64,000 bases of DNA from the NCBI GenBank assembly GCA_030679995.1, contig JAUXSK010000018.1:121492-185491 (forward strand). The letters are read 5' to 3'. A model generated the notes under the pieces. It was given only the letters and a program-made list of their open reading frames with translations. It made no database searches and was not told where the DNA came from. The stretch is from Candidatus Moraniibacteriota bacterium (lineage in GTDB: Bacteria > Patescibacteriota > Minisyncoccia > Moranbacterales > UBA2206). This document shows, one piece after another, positions 1 to 9,037 of the stretch (position 1 is its first letter; each line of letters opens with the position of its first letter). Position numbers and translations under genes: made by a program.

Positions 1-683
1 TGTTGTGCAAGTCCGTCCATCCGGCTCCGAGCTTTGTCTTCCACTCCGCCTGATTTGAAAGCGATGATATTCGTTATTACATCGGAAACTTCCCCGGTCA
101 CCTCGCGATATATTTCATGGGAAAGGCGGCGGTATTTGTTCACCTTTGATGATGACCACGTCACATAAATAAATTGAATCAAAACAATCGTAGCCGCGAT
201 CAACCCGACTTGGGGAGATGCGAAAAAGAGCACTATCGGCGGCACAACAAGCGCGATAAAAGACCCCAGGGCCTCGCCTCGAAAGAAGCGAAGTAAAAGC
301 ATGGAGGCATCCAGGTGTTGTCTGAACATACTCGCCAAATAACCGGTTTGGTTATCGCGATAAAATGAGACATCTTTGCCTACTAATTTTTGATAAAAAG
401 CTACCGACAGCTTCGCATATTGCTTGCTTTCCGTATAATTGGACAATATTTCGCCAAGCGTACCGATTATAGCTGCAGCCAGATAGGCAAAGAAAAAATA
501 AAGCGTATATTTTTTTGCAGCATCAAAATTTCCTGAAGCGACATTGGCCGTAACTTGTGCTATGGCGATAGCCATATATACTCTCATAACGGCTATGCGG
601 AAAACCTCAGCGAAAAAACCGATCCATTGTTCAAGGTTATGGCCATAGGTTCGGAATATGAATTTGTAGACTTCTTTGTTCAT
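1..683 (-). CDS. ABC exporter, N-terminal transmembrane domain (MsbA/ABCB-type), 5' part only. The gene runs off the window start; ATG is at 683..681 on the minus strand.
   Basis: Own translation of the minus strand gives MNKEVYKFIFRTYGHNLEQW...FRIAVMRVYMAIAIAQVTANVASGNF...FYQKLVGKDVSFYRDNQTGYLASMF. This is a hydrophobic six-helix ABC exporter TMD pattern. No stop codon occurs before position 1. Confidence 0.55.
   Translation of the reverse strand, partial: MNKEVYKFIFRTYGHNLEQWIGFFAEVFRIAVMRVYMAIAIAQVTANVASGNFDAAKKYTLYFFFAYLAAAIIGTLGEILSNYTESKQYAKLSVAFYQKLVGKDVSFYRDNQTGYLASMFRQHLDASMLLLRFFRGEALGSFIALVVPPIVLFFASPQVGLIAATIVLIQFIYVTWSSSKVNKYRRLSHEIYREVTGEVSDVITNIIAFKSGGVEDKARSRMDGLAQ
343..402. 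repeat. Copy 1 (inside the ABC exporter CDS) of a 58-60 bp imperfect direct repeat; copy 2 is at 1763..1820.
   Basis: ggtttggttatcgcgataaaatgagacatctttgcctactaatttttgataaaaagct is about 90% identical to the 1763..1820 segment. On the minus strand both copies encode AFYQKLVGKDVSFYRDNQTG, so all differences are synonymous. Confidence 0.7.
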
Positions 684-1008
684 CTGGCGCAGCTTATTTG
701 TTTTTTAATAATAACACTTATGCCAAGTTAAGTTAATTCAACGATATGTGTAATACTGCGGCTGCTATGATTTTTTTAAAGCGGTTTTGGCTTCTTCAGG
801 GCTCGGAGTATCTGTATGAAATGGACTCAGCAATCCATTTTTTAATGTGTGGACTTGACTTCTTTTGATTTTATGCTAATTTCTATTGTCATTGTTATTT
901 TAAAAATAAGGCACGAGCTGGCAGTTGAATAATCAAAATTATTGATTGTTCGGCTGTCAGTTTGTGAATATGATTCCAAATAATGTCTACTTCAAGGGAG
1001 GTGTTGAA

Positions 1009-1587
1009 ATGGAATATGATCTAAGTAAGGTTCCGATCAGTGAGCTTGCCAGTGCTTTGTTGGCGCGAGTGGAGGAAATTTTTGGGAATGGAAATTGGTT
1101 AATTCCGGCAGCATTCGCATTATACAAAGCCATGGGCCCGGTGGCTTGCGTGGACGGCATACCATGGCAGCTTAACGAAAGGGGAGAGATGGAGTTGCTG
1201 GCTATGCGACGCCGCACGGGCCCTTATCCTGGGAAGCTTGTCGTGGTGGGAGGAAAGATCGCAATGAAAGAGAGTCTGCAAGACGCGCTTGGCAGGCACT
1301 TTCGGGATGATCTGGGTGTTGAAATTATAATGGCGGAAGAGTCTCTGTGCATGTCCCAATATCGGAAAGACAACCCGAACGATTTGTGGATGCAGGATCC
1401 TGGTAAAGACCATGCAGTCGCGCCCGTGTACCTCGTACAAATCAAGGGTGATGCTCCTTCCCAGAGTCTTCAGGCGGATCCCTTGATGTGGTTTTCTGAA
1501 GACTCCATACCTCCAGCTTTGGAATTTGGCTACGACAATGAACGACTGTACCGCAAGGCCTTTCGTTGCCTTAAAGGAAAGTCTTAA
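1009..1587 (+). CDS. Divergent Nudix-like hydrolase (192 aa from the SD-supported start; the ORF track opens at 946).
   Basis: AGGGAGGTG sits 6 nt before ATG 1009. GGKIAMKESLQDALGRHFRDDLGV fits a degenerate Nudix box G-x5-E-x7-R(E/H)-x-x-(E/D)(E/D)-x-G. A strong terminator follows. Confidence 0.4.
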   Translation: MEYDLSKVPISELASALLARVEEIFGNGNWLIPAAFALYKAMGPVACVDGIPWQLNERGEMELLAMRRRTGPYPGKLVVVGGKIAMKESLQDALGRHFRDDLGVEIIMAEESLCMSQYRKDNPNDLWMQDPGKDHAVAPVYLVQIKGDAPSQSLQADPLMWFSEDSIPPALEFGYDNERLYRKAFRCLKGKS

Positions 1588-1597
1588 GGAATTACAA

Positions 1598-1650
1598 CCC
1601 ACCAGCAGAAAGCAGAAATCCATCTGTGCTGCTAGGTGGGTTTTTTGTTT
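1598..1650 (+). terminator. Rho-independent terminator.
   Basis: cccaccagcag...ctgctaggtggg stem followed by tttttt(g)ttttt. Confidence 0.7.
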
Positions 1651-1762
1651 TTATAAAAATGCGGTTCTGAATTTTTCCATACTTCGGAGCATCACTGGAT
1701 AACTAGAACTAAGAGCTCTAGCTTTTCTTTATTTAAGGGCATTTCAGCTTTGCTAAATAGCC

Positions 1763-1820
1763 TGTTTGATTATCGCGATAAAATGAAACATCTTTGCCTA
1801 CCAGCTTTTGATAAAAAGCT
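1763..1820. repeat. Copy 2 of the ABC-CDS-derived repeat. It is intergenic: an orphan gene fragment.
   Basis: See copy 1. Sequence outside the 58 bp is unrelated. Confidence 0.7.
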
Positions 1821-1915
1821 GTTTATTTATTTGATTTTTACGTATTTTTAATATACAATTAAATCGTGTTAGTCTTTTAAAAGGCAATATTTTAAGCATA
1901 AAAACAGGGGAGAAA

Positions 1916-4900
1916 ATGAAAAAAAATCCAATTTTGTTTTTATTTATTGCAGGCCATATTGTTTTTGGCTTGTTTTTTTTTAAAATAGAGGTCAACAGGA
2001 CGCTAGCTAGTTCTGAATTTGAGGTTAGTGAAAAAACCAGTCCTGTTTTTTCAACGCTAATTCCTGATCAGGCTTTTGTAATTAAGGATGATACTAATTA
2101 CAAGGTCTATTATGCTGGAGATGATTTTATTTCGATTAATCTGGCTCAATCGCCGGATGGTATAAATTGGACACCGTATTCTGGCAATCCTATTGTCAAT
2201 GATGCTCAATATCACGCTAATGTAAAGTTTTTCAATTCCGGATTTTCAGGTGAAAATATTGGAGATAATCCAAGCTCCGACATGATGTATTATAGGATGT
2301 GGTATGCGGGCTTGAATCAAAATAGCATAGCCGGGTGGAGATATGCCGAATCACCGGATGGAATCAGCTGGTATAACCGTATCAATGTTTCACAGTTTGG
2401 ACCGGCGGTATATAGTGCGCAAACAGGAGTGACATATGGAATTGCGGATGTGGTTTATACTGCGGGAGCGTCAAATAGTGGAATGGATTGGACTTTTAGG
2501 ATTTATGCAAATGTACAGTGGGAGGCAGGTGATTTTGCCGGCAAAGAACTCGTTGTGATGGCTTTTTCAAGCGATGGCTATAATTGGACCGGATATGACC
2601 CCACCTCGGTTGGCTATGCAACTCCAGTATTTAAGGGGACTCTTATTAGCGGTGATTTCGACAGTGATCATATTGGCTGGTTTAAGGTTATTAAAAATAA
2701 TCCAACTTTTTGGGAGGCTTTTTATTCTGGTGGAGCCGACACAACCTATCAATCATTGAATGGAATAGGTTATGCCTCATCAACAGATGGAATCAATTGG
2801 ATACGCGGGCAGAAACTATTTTCTACGGAAGATTCAATGTTATGGAGAAAAAGAAGTGTTTGGATGCCTTCAGTGGTAAAAACAGCCTCCAATTATCAAG
2901 TTTGGTTTTTGGGATCGGATAACTCTGATATCGCAAGTTCTGATTGGATTCAGTGGAAATTGGGTTTGGCAAATTTAGTGATGATTGCTCCGATAATATC
3001 TGACACTTCACCGGCAGATGCTGCAATAAATATTTCGACAACCGGAAATATTACTGCCTCCTTTAATGGAATAATGGATTCTTCAACAATAAATTCATCA
3101 ACATTTACTCTGGCCAAAGGCGCGACACCGATTGCTGGATCTGTCAGTTATGCAGGAACAACAGCGACTTTTATGTCGGCAAATGATCTTTTGCCTTTCA
3201 CTGAATATACTGCCACGGTGACAACGGGCGTCAAAGATATTTCCGGAGTAGCATTAAGTTCTGATTATTCGTGGACTTTTACGACCGGCCGATCCTATAT
3301 GGATTGGAATGACCAAGGCGTTGTTTTTACTGCTCCTTCTTCGGGTGACGCATATTATCCCAGTGTTATTTATAATGCCGGCGGATTTGGTGGCATTCAA
3401 CCGGCATATTCTATGTGGTATTCAGACGGATCGGGTGCTGTGTATATAACTAGATCTTCGGATGGTGTAACTTGGGATAATCCGACAGCAACGGTTGGGC
3501 TGGTTGGTGCCCATCATGCGCAGATTTTGTATGATGAAGATTGTTTCGGAACAGTTCCCTGTACGGATGGTACGATAAAATATCGAATTTGGTTTTGGGA
3601 TATTTCAAAATTATATAGTATTTCCGCGATAGCTACGGCTGAATCCGTTGATGGAATGAATTGGACTAACCAGCAATCATTGACTCAAGATGCATCTTTG
3701 AAATTAATTCAGGATCCTGATTCGGGTATCGGTTGGAACAGAGGCAGCTATGGTCCGGTATCTTTATTTTATCAATCGGATGCATCTAATACCGGCAATG
3801 AACCATGGAATTATCGATACGTAATGTATTACAACGGCACAGACGGCAGTTCGGAAGGTACCGGACTTGCATATTCCTCGGATGGCGTGTATTGGTCGGC
3901 ATATTCATCCAATCCAATTTTAGCTGGTTCTTCTGTGGCAGGCTGGGATTGTTTGAGTTCTTCCTATGGAACCGTACTTAGGGATTCTGCGGGTTTCCAC
4001 TATTTTTTTAGCGGTCGCGGCATGGATGATGGTGCGGGGGGTTGCGCCTATCCTTCAAGTTTTGATGGCATTGGCTATGCGTATTCAGTCGATGGTAAAA
4101 CTTGGATCAAAAGTTTGGATAATCCGATATTTCATATAAGCGATGGAGTGGCATATCGTGATGAACGAATTTATACGCCATCTGTCATAAATGACGCTAC
4201 GGGAATTTTAAAAATGTATTTTTCCGCAAAACAAACAGACCAGCCAAAGAAAATCGCTTATGCTACCATAGCACCTTTGAGTGAATCAAAAGCCATTACA
4301 TCTTTTAGTTTTCCGGAGGGAACGGGTGTCATTAATGAAACCGCTTACACAATCGCAGTGGAAGTATCTTCCGGTTCGGATTTAAATGCTCTTGTGCCAA
4401 CGATTGTCATCAGTGGAATATCAATCAGTCCGCGTTCCGACATCGCCCAAGATTTTACTTCGCCGGTCATATATAAAGTCACTGCTGAGAATGGAACGAC
4501 TCAAGAATATCTGGTTACGGTTACGGAAAAAGCTGAAGACGAAGATGAAGACGAAGATGAAGACGAAGACGAAGACGAAGATGAAGACGAAACAAAATCA
4601 TCAGATCATAAAAATAATTCGGATAAGAAAACAAAAAAAAATCCAGCAGCAACAACTACAACAGCCGAGACAATGACAGGCATAGCAGCACTGGAGGCGT
4701 TGGGCATGGGTGAGGCGGCACCGGGAATAACAATTGATGGCATACCTGTGGCATCTAGTGAAAAAAATCCCCTTACGGACGAAAAGTATAAATTTAACTG
4801 GATTTGGGTGATCATAGGTATTGTGTTGTTCATATTGCTGTTGATAATTCTTTTTGCTAAAAAACAAAAGAATAAATTCAAATTTTATTTCGCATCTCCA

Positions 4901-5161
4901 GCAGTTACCGGAATTGTTGATGAAACAGCCAAGACTGTTAAGTTTACTGTGCCTTTCGGCACTAATGTGAGTGCTCTTGTTCCAACAATCAAACTTTCTG
5001 ACGGCGCGTCAATCCGTCCGCGTTCCGACATCGCCCAAAACTTTACTTTGCCGGTCGTATATAAACTCACTGCTAGGGACGGAGTGACTCAATCGTACAC
5101 AGTTACGGCAAAGGTTGCTTCTAGGTCGGAATTCAACGCCAAAACAAAGGGGACAGCCTAA
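1916..5161 (+). CDS. Very large secreted/membrane-anchored multidomain protein (1081 aa). Domains in order: N-terminal signal anchor; about 8 S-x-D-G-x-x-W propeller-blade motifs (GH43/GH130/BNR-like beta-propellers); an Ig-like domain; a duplicated ~75-aa C-terminal module; an (ED)n acidic tract; a late TM helix.
   Basis: GGGGAG SD. N-terminus MKKNPILFLFIAGHIVFGLFFF. Propeller motifs include SPDGINWT, SPDGISWY, SSDGYNWT, STDGINWI, SSDGVTWD, SVDGMNWT, SSDGVYWS and SVDGKTWI. EDEDEDEDEDEDEDEDE is followed by the TM helix WIWVIIGIVLFILLLIILF. The two related modules read ...LVPTIVISGISISPRSDIAQDFTSPVIYKVTAENGTTQEYLVTVT and ...LVPTIKLSDGASIRPRSDIAQNFTLPVVYKLTARDGVTQSYTVTA. Confidence 0.8.
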   Translation: MKKNPILFLFIAGHIVFGLFFFKIEVNRTLASSEFEVSEKTSPVFSTLIPDQAFVIKDDTNYKVYYAGDDFISINLAQSPDGINWTPYSGNPIVNDAQYHANVKFFNSGFSGENIGDNPSSDMMYYRMWYAGLNQNSIAGWRYAESPDGISWYNRINVSQFGPAVYSAQTGVTYGIADVVYTAGASNSGMDWTFRIYANVQWEAGDFAGKELVVMAFSSDGYNWTGYDPTSVGYATPVFKGTLISGDFDSDHIGWFKVIKNNPTFWEAFYSGGADTTYQSLNGIGYASSTDGINWIRGQKLFSTEDSMLWRKRSVWMPSVVKTASNYQVWFLGSDNSDIASSDWIQWKLGLANLVMIAPIISDTSPADAAINISTTGNITASFNGIMDSSTINSSTFTLAKGATPIAGSVSYAGTTATFMSANDLLPFTEYTATVTTGVKDISGVALSSDYSWTFTTGRSYMDWNDQGVVFTAPSSGDAYYPSVIYNAGGFGGIQPAYSMWYSDGSGAVYITRSSDGVTWDNPTATVGLVGAHHAQILYDEDCFGTVPCTDGTIKYRIWFWDISKLYSISAIATAESVDGMNWTNQQSLTQDASLKLIQDPDSGIGWNRGSYGPVSLFYQSDASNTGNEPWNYRYVMYYNGTDGSSEGTGLAYSSDGVYWSAYSSNPILAGSSVAGWDCLSSSYGTVLRDSAGFHYFFSGRGMDDGAGGCAYPSSFDGIGYAYSVDGKTWIKSLDNPIFHISDGVAYRDERIYTPSVINDATGILKMYFSAKQTDQPKKIAYATIAPLSESKAITSFSFPEGTGVINETAYTIAVEVSSGSDLNALVPTIVISGISISPRSDIAQDFTSPVIYKVTAENGTTQEYLVTVTEKAEDEDEDEDEDEDEDEDEDETKSSDHKNNSDKKTKKNPAATTTTAETMTGIAALEALGMGEAAPGITIDGIPVASSEKNPLTDEKYKFNWIWVIIGIVLFILLLIILFAKKQKNKFKFYFASPAVTGIVDETAKTVKFTVPFGTNVSALVPTIKLSDGASIRPRSDIAQNFTLPVVYKLTARDGVTQSYTVTAKVASRSEFNAKTKGTA
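4535..4590 (+). repeat. In-frame tandem hexanucleotide repeat (gaagac/gaagat), about 9 units, encoding the (ED)n tract.
   Basis: gaagacgaagatgaagacgaagatgaagacgaagacgaagacgaagatgaagacgaa. Confidence 0.85.
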
Positions 5162-5230
5162 TAAAAAAACACCTAACACCACCAATCGTTCGATGTAAAT
5201 AATATTTTTTAATTTTAAACAACCAATATT

Positions 5231-6391
5231 ATGAACCAAAAAAGCATTATCGTAATTCTAGGATTTATTATCGTCTTCCTGACAGGCATAGTCGTATATT
5301 TTACAATAATAAATAAAGCGAATCAGCCAATTGATTCATCAGCACAACGTCAATCCATATCTTCACTGGAAAAAAATGAGATCGCATCTACGCAGATATC
5401 CGCGCCTGCTATAAAATTCGAGGGGCGGTATATAGATGTGCATACGCATATCATGCCGTCGGGGATGTCTCTCGAAGAGATGCTTAAAAATATGGATATT
5501 GAAGGTATCGATACTATGATAATAATGGAGACTCCAACGTCGATTTATATGGGAAAATCTCAAGAGGAGTATGGGATTCCAAGCGCTTCAGAAAAATATC
5601 CAAATAGATTCATCTCATTGTACGGAGGAGAGGCGATGACTCTGCTTGATATCGTTATCAAGAAAGGAGGATATACCCAATCACAAGAAGAAAAATACAC
5701 CGCTCTTCTTGAAGACGCAATGAAATCGGGTAAATACAAGGGCTTTGGAGAGATTGCGTTGAGACATATATCGCTTGGAGGAGAAGGAGCTGATGTGACT
5801 ATTCCAGGAGATCATCCATGGATGTTTATTATGAGCGATATCGCAGCTAAGTATGATTTGCCAATTGATATACATATGGATGTTGCAACTGCGAACGAAG
5901 GAATAGCTGGTCTTGAAAAACTTCTTGATCATAATAAAAACACAAAAATTATTTGGTCCCATACAGCTTGGTCAAGGACTGATTATAAATCTGGATCCAT
6001 TGAATTGATGCGGCGGTTATTTGAGAAACATCCGAATTTATATTCAAGCGTCAAAATCCAGACCGAAACTGCATTTATGGATGGCGGGGTGGGGATGAAG
6101 CAGCAGCCGCAAAAGGGAGCGGGCAGGGGAGAAAAACAACTGAGCTCCGGAAATGGCGGGACAAAACCATCACCACAGCAAGGACTAACCAGCGGAATCA
6201 ATCTTGAATGGTTGGCTTTATTCAAAGAATATCCAGAACGCTTTATGATGGGAAGTGATATAAAGCCCGGGGAAAGGCCAAATGAGTTCGCATACATAAA
6301 AGCTCACAGAAAATTTTTGGAACAATTACCCGCTGAAATTCTTAAACAGATTGAAAGAAATAATGCCAAAGAAATTTTTAAAATTAATTGA
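5231..6391 (+). CDS. Membrane-anchored amidohydrolase-2 family (TIM-barrel metal-dependent hydrolase) with a Gly/Gln-rich low-complexity insertion.
   Basis: N-terminal TM helix. The motifs YIDVHTHIMP and DIHMD are metal-binding His/Asp motifs typical of PF04909. The insertion MDGGVGMKQQPQKGAGRGEKQLSSGNGGTKPSPQQG lies at about 6085..6200. Confidence 0.6.
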   Translation: MNQKSIIVILGFIIVFLTGIVVYFTIINKANQPIDSSAQRQSISSLEKNEIASTQISAPAIKFEGRYIDVHTHIMPSGMSLEEMLKNMDIEGIDTMIIMETPTSIYMGKSQEEYGIPSASEKYPNRFISLYGGEAMTLLDIVIKKGGYTQSQEEKYTALLEDAMKSGKYKGFGEIALRHISLGGEGADVTIPGDHPWMFIMSDIAAKYDLPIDIHMDVATANEGIAGLEKLLDHNKNTKIIWSHTAWSRTDYKSGSIELMRRLFEKHPNLYSSVKIQTETAFMDGGVGMKQQPQKGAGRGEKQLSSGNGGTKPSPQQGLTSGINLEWLALFKEYPERFMMGSDIKPGERPNEFAYIKAHRKFLEQLPAEILKQIERNNAKEIFKIN

Positions 6392-6677
6392 GCTTAATTT
6401 GTAAATTTAAAGGCACTGTCGTAATTAGACTGGATTATGGATATCCGACCCCTTTATTTCCGCGGATTTTATCTTCCGCCAGAGCCAAGGTCGCCGAAGC
6501 GATTGTGGAAGGGAAGGCATTAAAAATCGAAGAGTAATGGAAAGTATGCTATAATCTAGCCATACAAACAAGTTAAAAAAGTCACGCCGTTTATTTTTTC
6601 GGTTCCATCCTCTTTTGTTGTCCTATCCGATTGGCGATGTGAAGCAAATAAATTAATAATTATTAAAAAACGAAAAG

Positions 6678-7343
6678 ATGAAAAAAACACTACTGATTGC
6701 TTTTTTCCTGGTGTTTGGAATGGCCGTCCAAGCCCAAGCGTCAAGCGCGAACCCTAACCAAGGTTCGAAGCCGGAGCAGGCTAATCCCCAGGTAAGCCAA
6801 ACTGGGAACGCCGTCCAAGTCCAAGAAAAAAACGAGGTTAAAAACCAAGGGGAAGAAACTCAAATCCAAACCCAAGAACAGAACGAGGTTGTGGCTAAAG
6901 ACAAAAAAGAAAACAAACCCCAGGATGCTGCCGAATTGCACAGGAGTGCGGTGGCTAATTTTGTCCAAGGTTTATTAGCCATAGCTGACAGGGAAGGCGG
7001 AATCGGGCAGGAGGTGAGGGTGATCGCCCAACAGCAAAATGATGTGAAAGATCGGGCGGCCGACTTGATATATGCCGTTGAAAATAGGAGCGATGTGAAA
7101 ACATTCTTCATAGGCACGAGTTATAAAAATTTGGGAGAATTGCGGGGCCAGACGGTCCAAGCCAGGAATCAAATCGAGCAATTGAAGCGGTTGGCTGACA
7201 AGGCGGACAACGAGCAGAACAGGATCGAATTGCAAGCGCAAATCCGGACGCTGGAGCAAGAGCAGGTGAATATCGATAATTTTATCGCTCAAAATGAAAA
7301 CAAATTCAGCGTATTCGGTTGGGCAGTGAGGCTTTTCCGATAA
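6678..7343 (+). CDS. Secreted coiled-coil protein with an N-terminal Q/N/E-rich repetitive region.
   Basis: Signal peptide MKKTLLIAFFLVFGMAVQAQA. Imperfect repeats NAVQVQEKNEVKNQGEETQIQTQEQNEV. Heptad-like C-terminal half. Confidence 0.55.
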   Translation: MKKTLLIAFFLVFGMAVQAQASSANPNQGSKPEQANPQVSQTGNAVQVQEKNEVKNQGEETQIQTQEQNEVVAKDKKENKPQDAAELHRSAVANFVQGLLAIADREGGIGQEVRVIAQQQNDVKDRAADLIYAVENRSDVKTFFIGTSYKNLGELRGQTVQARNQIEQLKRLADKADNEQNRIELQAQIRTLEQEQVNIDNFIAQNENKFSVFGWAVRLFR

Positions 7344-7372
7344 TTCTATCTTTTTGGGATAACCATAAAAAA

Positions 7373-7394
7373 CCGCCGGCAAGGGCGGTTTTTT
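7373..7394 (+). terminator. Rho-independent terminator.
   Basis: ccgccggcaagggcgg followed by tttttt. Confidence 0.75.
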
Positions 7395-7513
7395 GCTGAT
7401 TGGAAGATGGATATGCCAATTTTTTCTCCCGTTGCGGGACATTGTCCGGATAGGGGGCATTCCTCCGTCCGGGCGGTATTTTTTATCCTGAAAAAGTACC
7501 GGTATCCGGACCA

Positions 7514-7542
7514 TTGACATATCCGCCAGGCGGGCGTATCAT
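7514..7542 (+). promoter_or_regulatory. Sigma70-like promoter for the arsR operon.
   Basis: TTGACA, 17 nt spacer, TATCAT. A perfect palindrome GGACAtTGTCC lies about 80 nt upstream and is a candidate operator. Confidence 0.5.
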
Positions 7543-7569
7543 TCTAATATAAATTAGGATGATATACAT

Positions 7570-7878
7570 ATGGAATTCAGATGTTGCGTGAAAAATTCAA
7601 CTGAGGCGGAAGATGTCGGCAAAGCATACGCTTTTTTGCGCGCCGTTTCGGATTCCAACAGACTGAAAATCCTTTGCGTCTTGCAAACCGGCTCAAAATG
7701 CGTTTGCGAAATCGTTCCGGCCGTCGGCATATCGGATAAACTGGCCTCGCATCACCTCAAACAATTGAAAGGCGCCGGACTCCTAGTTGAGAAGAGAGAG
7801 GGTAAATTCATCCGCTACGGTTTGGATAAAAAGGCGATCAATGCATATAAGAAAATTTTTAATCAAGTAATAAAATAA
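7570..7878 (+). CDS. arsR: ArsR/SmtB-family metalloregulator.
   Basis: Winged-HTH signature RLKILCVLQTGSKCVCEIVPAVGISDKLASHHLKQLKGAGLL with a Cys pair in the metal-site position. Confidence 0.8.
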   Translation: MEFRCCVKNSTEAEDVGKAYAFLRAVSDSNRLKILCVLQTGSKCVCEIVPAVGISDKLASHHLKQLKGAGLLVEKREGKFIRYGLDKKAINAYKKIFNQVIK

Positions 7879-7883
7879 ATCAA

Positions 7884-8126
7884 ATGGATATTAAAATTCT
7901 GGGCACCGGTTGTCCTAACTGCCAACGATTGGAACAAAACACGAAGCAAGCCCTGGAGGAGCTGAAGATAGAGGCGGTCGTTGAAAAAGTGACCGATATC
8001 CAAGACATTATCGGTTATGGGATTATGAGTACGCCGGCATTGGTGGTTGATGGGAATGTGCTTTTGGCCGGGATGGTGCCAAGCGTAAATGATATCAAGG
8101 AAAAAATTGAGAACTATATAAAATAA
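7884..8126 (+). CDS. Small thioredoxin-fold redox-active disulfide protein (TM0983-like 'redox-active disulfide protein 2').
   Basis: 80 aa with a CPNC active site (GTGCPNCQ), as commonly found inside ars-type operons. Confidence 0.7.
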   Translation: MDIKILGTGCPNCQRLEQNTKQALEELKIEAVVEKVTDIQDIIGYGIMSTPALVVDGNVLLAGMVPSVNDIKEKIENYIK

Positions 8127-8128
8127 TT

Positions 8129-9019
8129 ATGCATATGCACGATCATAGTGAAAAACGTATCGGCTGGGTCATTTTATTCAATGTGGCTATCGTAATCGCC
8201 GAGTATATCGGCGGCCTGCTTTCCGGGAGTTTGGCGTTGCTTTCTGACGCGGGACATAATTTTTCCGACGTGCTTTCGCTGATTATAAGCTATATTGGAG
8301 AGAGATTTTCCCATAGCGAATCGACGAAACGCCATTCATTCGGTTTCAAGCGCTTTGAAGTCGCCGCGGCCTTTATAAACGCGCTGTCCCTTTGCGTTAT
8401 CGCCATCATCATTATCATCGAGGCGATGGGCAGGCTGGGGTCGGGTCGGGAAATTTCCCTAGGTATTATGCTTCCGGTCGCGATCGCCGGACTTTTGGGT
8501 AATATTTTTTCCGTCGCGTTGCTTGTTAAGGAAAAAGGCAAAAACCTGAATATGAAATCGGCATATCTGCATTTGGCGTATGACGCGCTTTCTTCGGTTT
8601 TTGTAATCATCGCCGCTGTCGCGATCGCCTTGACGCACTTAGCCGTTATCGACGTGGCGATCAGCCTTGTTATCGCGCTGATGATGTTATGGAGCGGGCT
8701 TGGCGTGCTCAAACAAGCGTTGCATATTTTTATGCAGGGAGTGCCGGACGGCATTGATTTCCAAAGCGTCCATAACGACCTGGTTTCTTTGGACGGAGTC
8801 CGAAGCGTGCATGATTTGCATATTTGGTCCGTGAATTCGGAAGATGTTTTTCTTTCCTGCCACGCTTGTTTGGAAGAGAAGCAAGATAGCGATCAAATAA
8901 ACGGACTGATCATAAAAGCGAACGGGGTATTGAAAGAAAAATACGGTATCACGCATAGCGCCATCCAATTCGAATACGCCGGAATTTGCAAGGCTGGCGG
9001 GGTGTGTTGTGAGAAATAA
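8129..9019 (+). CDS. czcD: Cation diffusion facilitator (CDF) family metal efflux transporter.
   Basis: HxH N-terminus, LLSDAGHNFSDV and HLAYDALSS motifs, and the C-terminal HDLHIWS motif. Confidence 0.85.
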   Translation: MHMHDHSEKRIGWVILFNVAIVIAEYIGGLLSGSLALLSDAGHNFSDVLSLIISYIGERFSHSESTKRHSFGFKRFEVAAAFINALSLCVIAIIIIIEAMGRLGSGREISLGIMLPVAIAGLLGNIFSVALLVKEKGKNLNMKSAYLHLAYDALSSVFVIIAAVAIALTHLAVIDVAISLVIALMMLWSGLGVLKQALHIFMQGVPDGIDFQSVHNDLVSLDGVRSVHDLHIWSVNSEDVFLSCHACLEEKQDSDQINGLIIKANGVLKEKYGITHSAIQFEYAGICKAGGVCCEK

Positions 9020-9037
9020 CCATAATCGATAAAACAA

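Noticed and set aside
4535-4590. Short perfect tandem repeat considered as a possible CRISPR-like or satellite element.
   Set aside because: The 6-nt unit is in-frame within a gene, encoding an ED tract. There are no spacers and no cas genes anywhere in the window.
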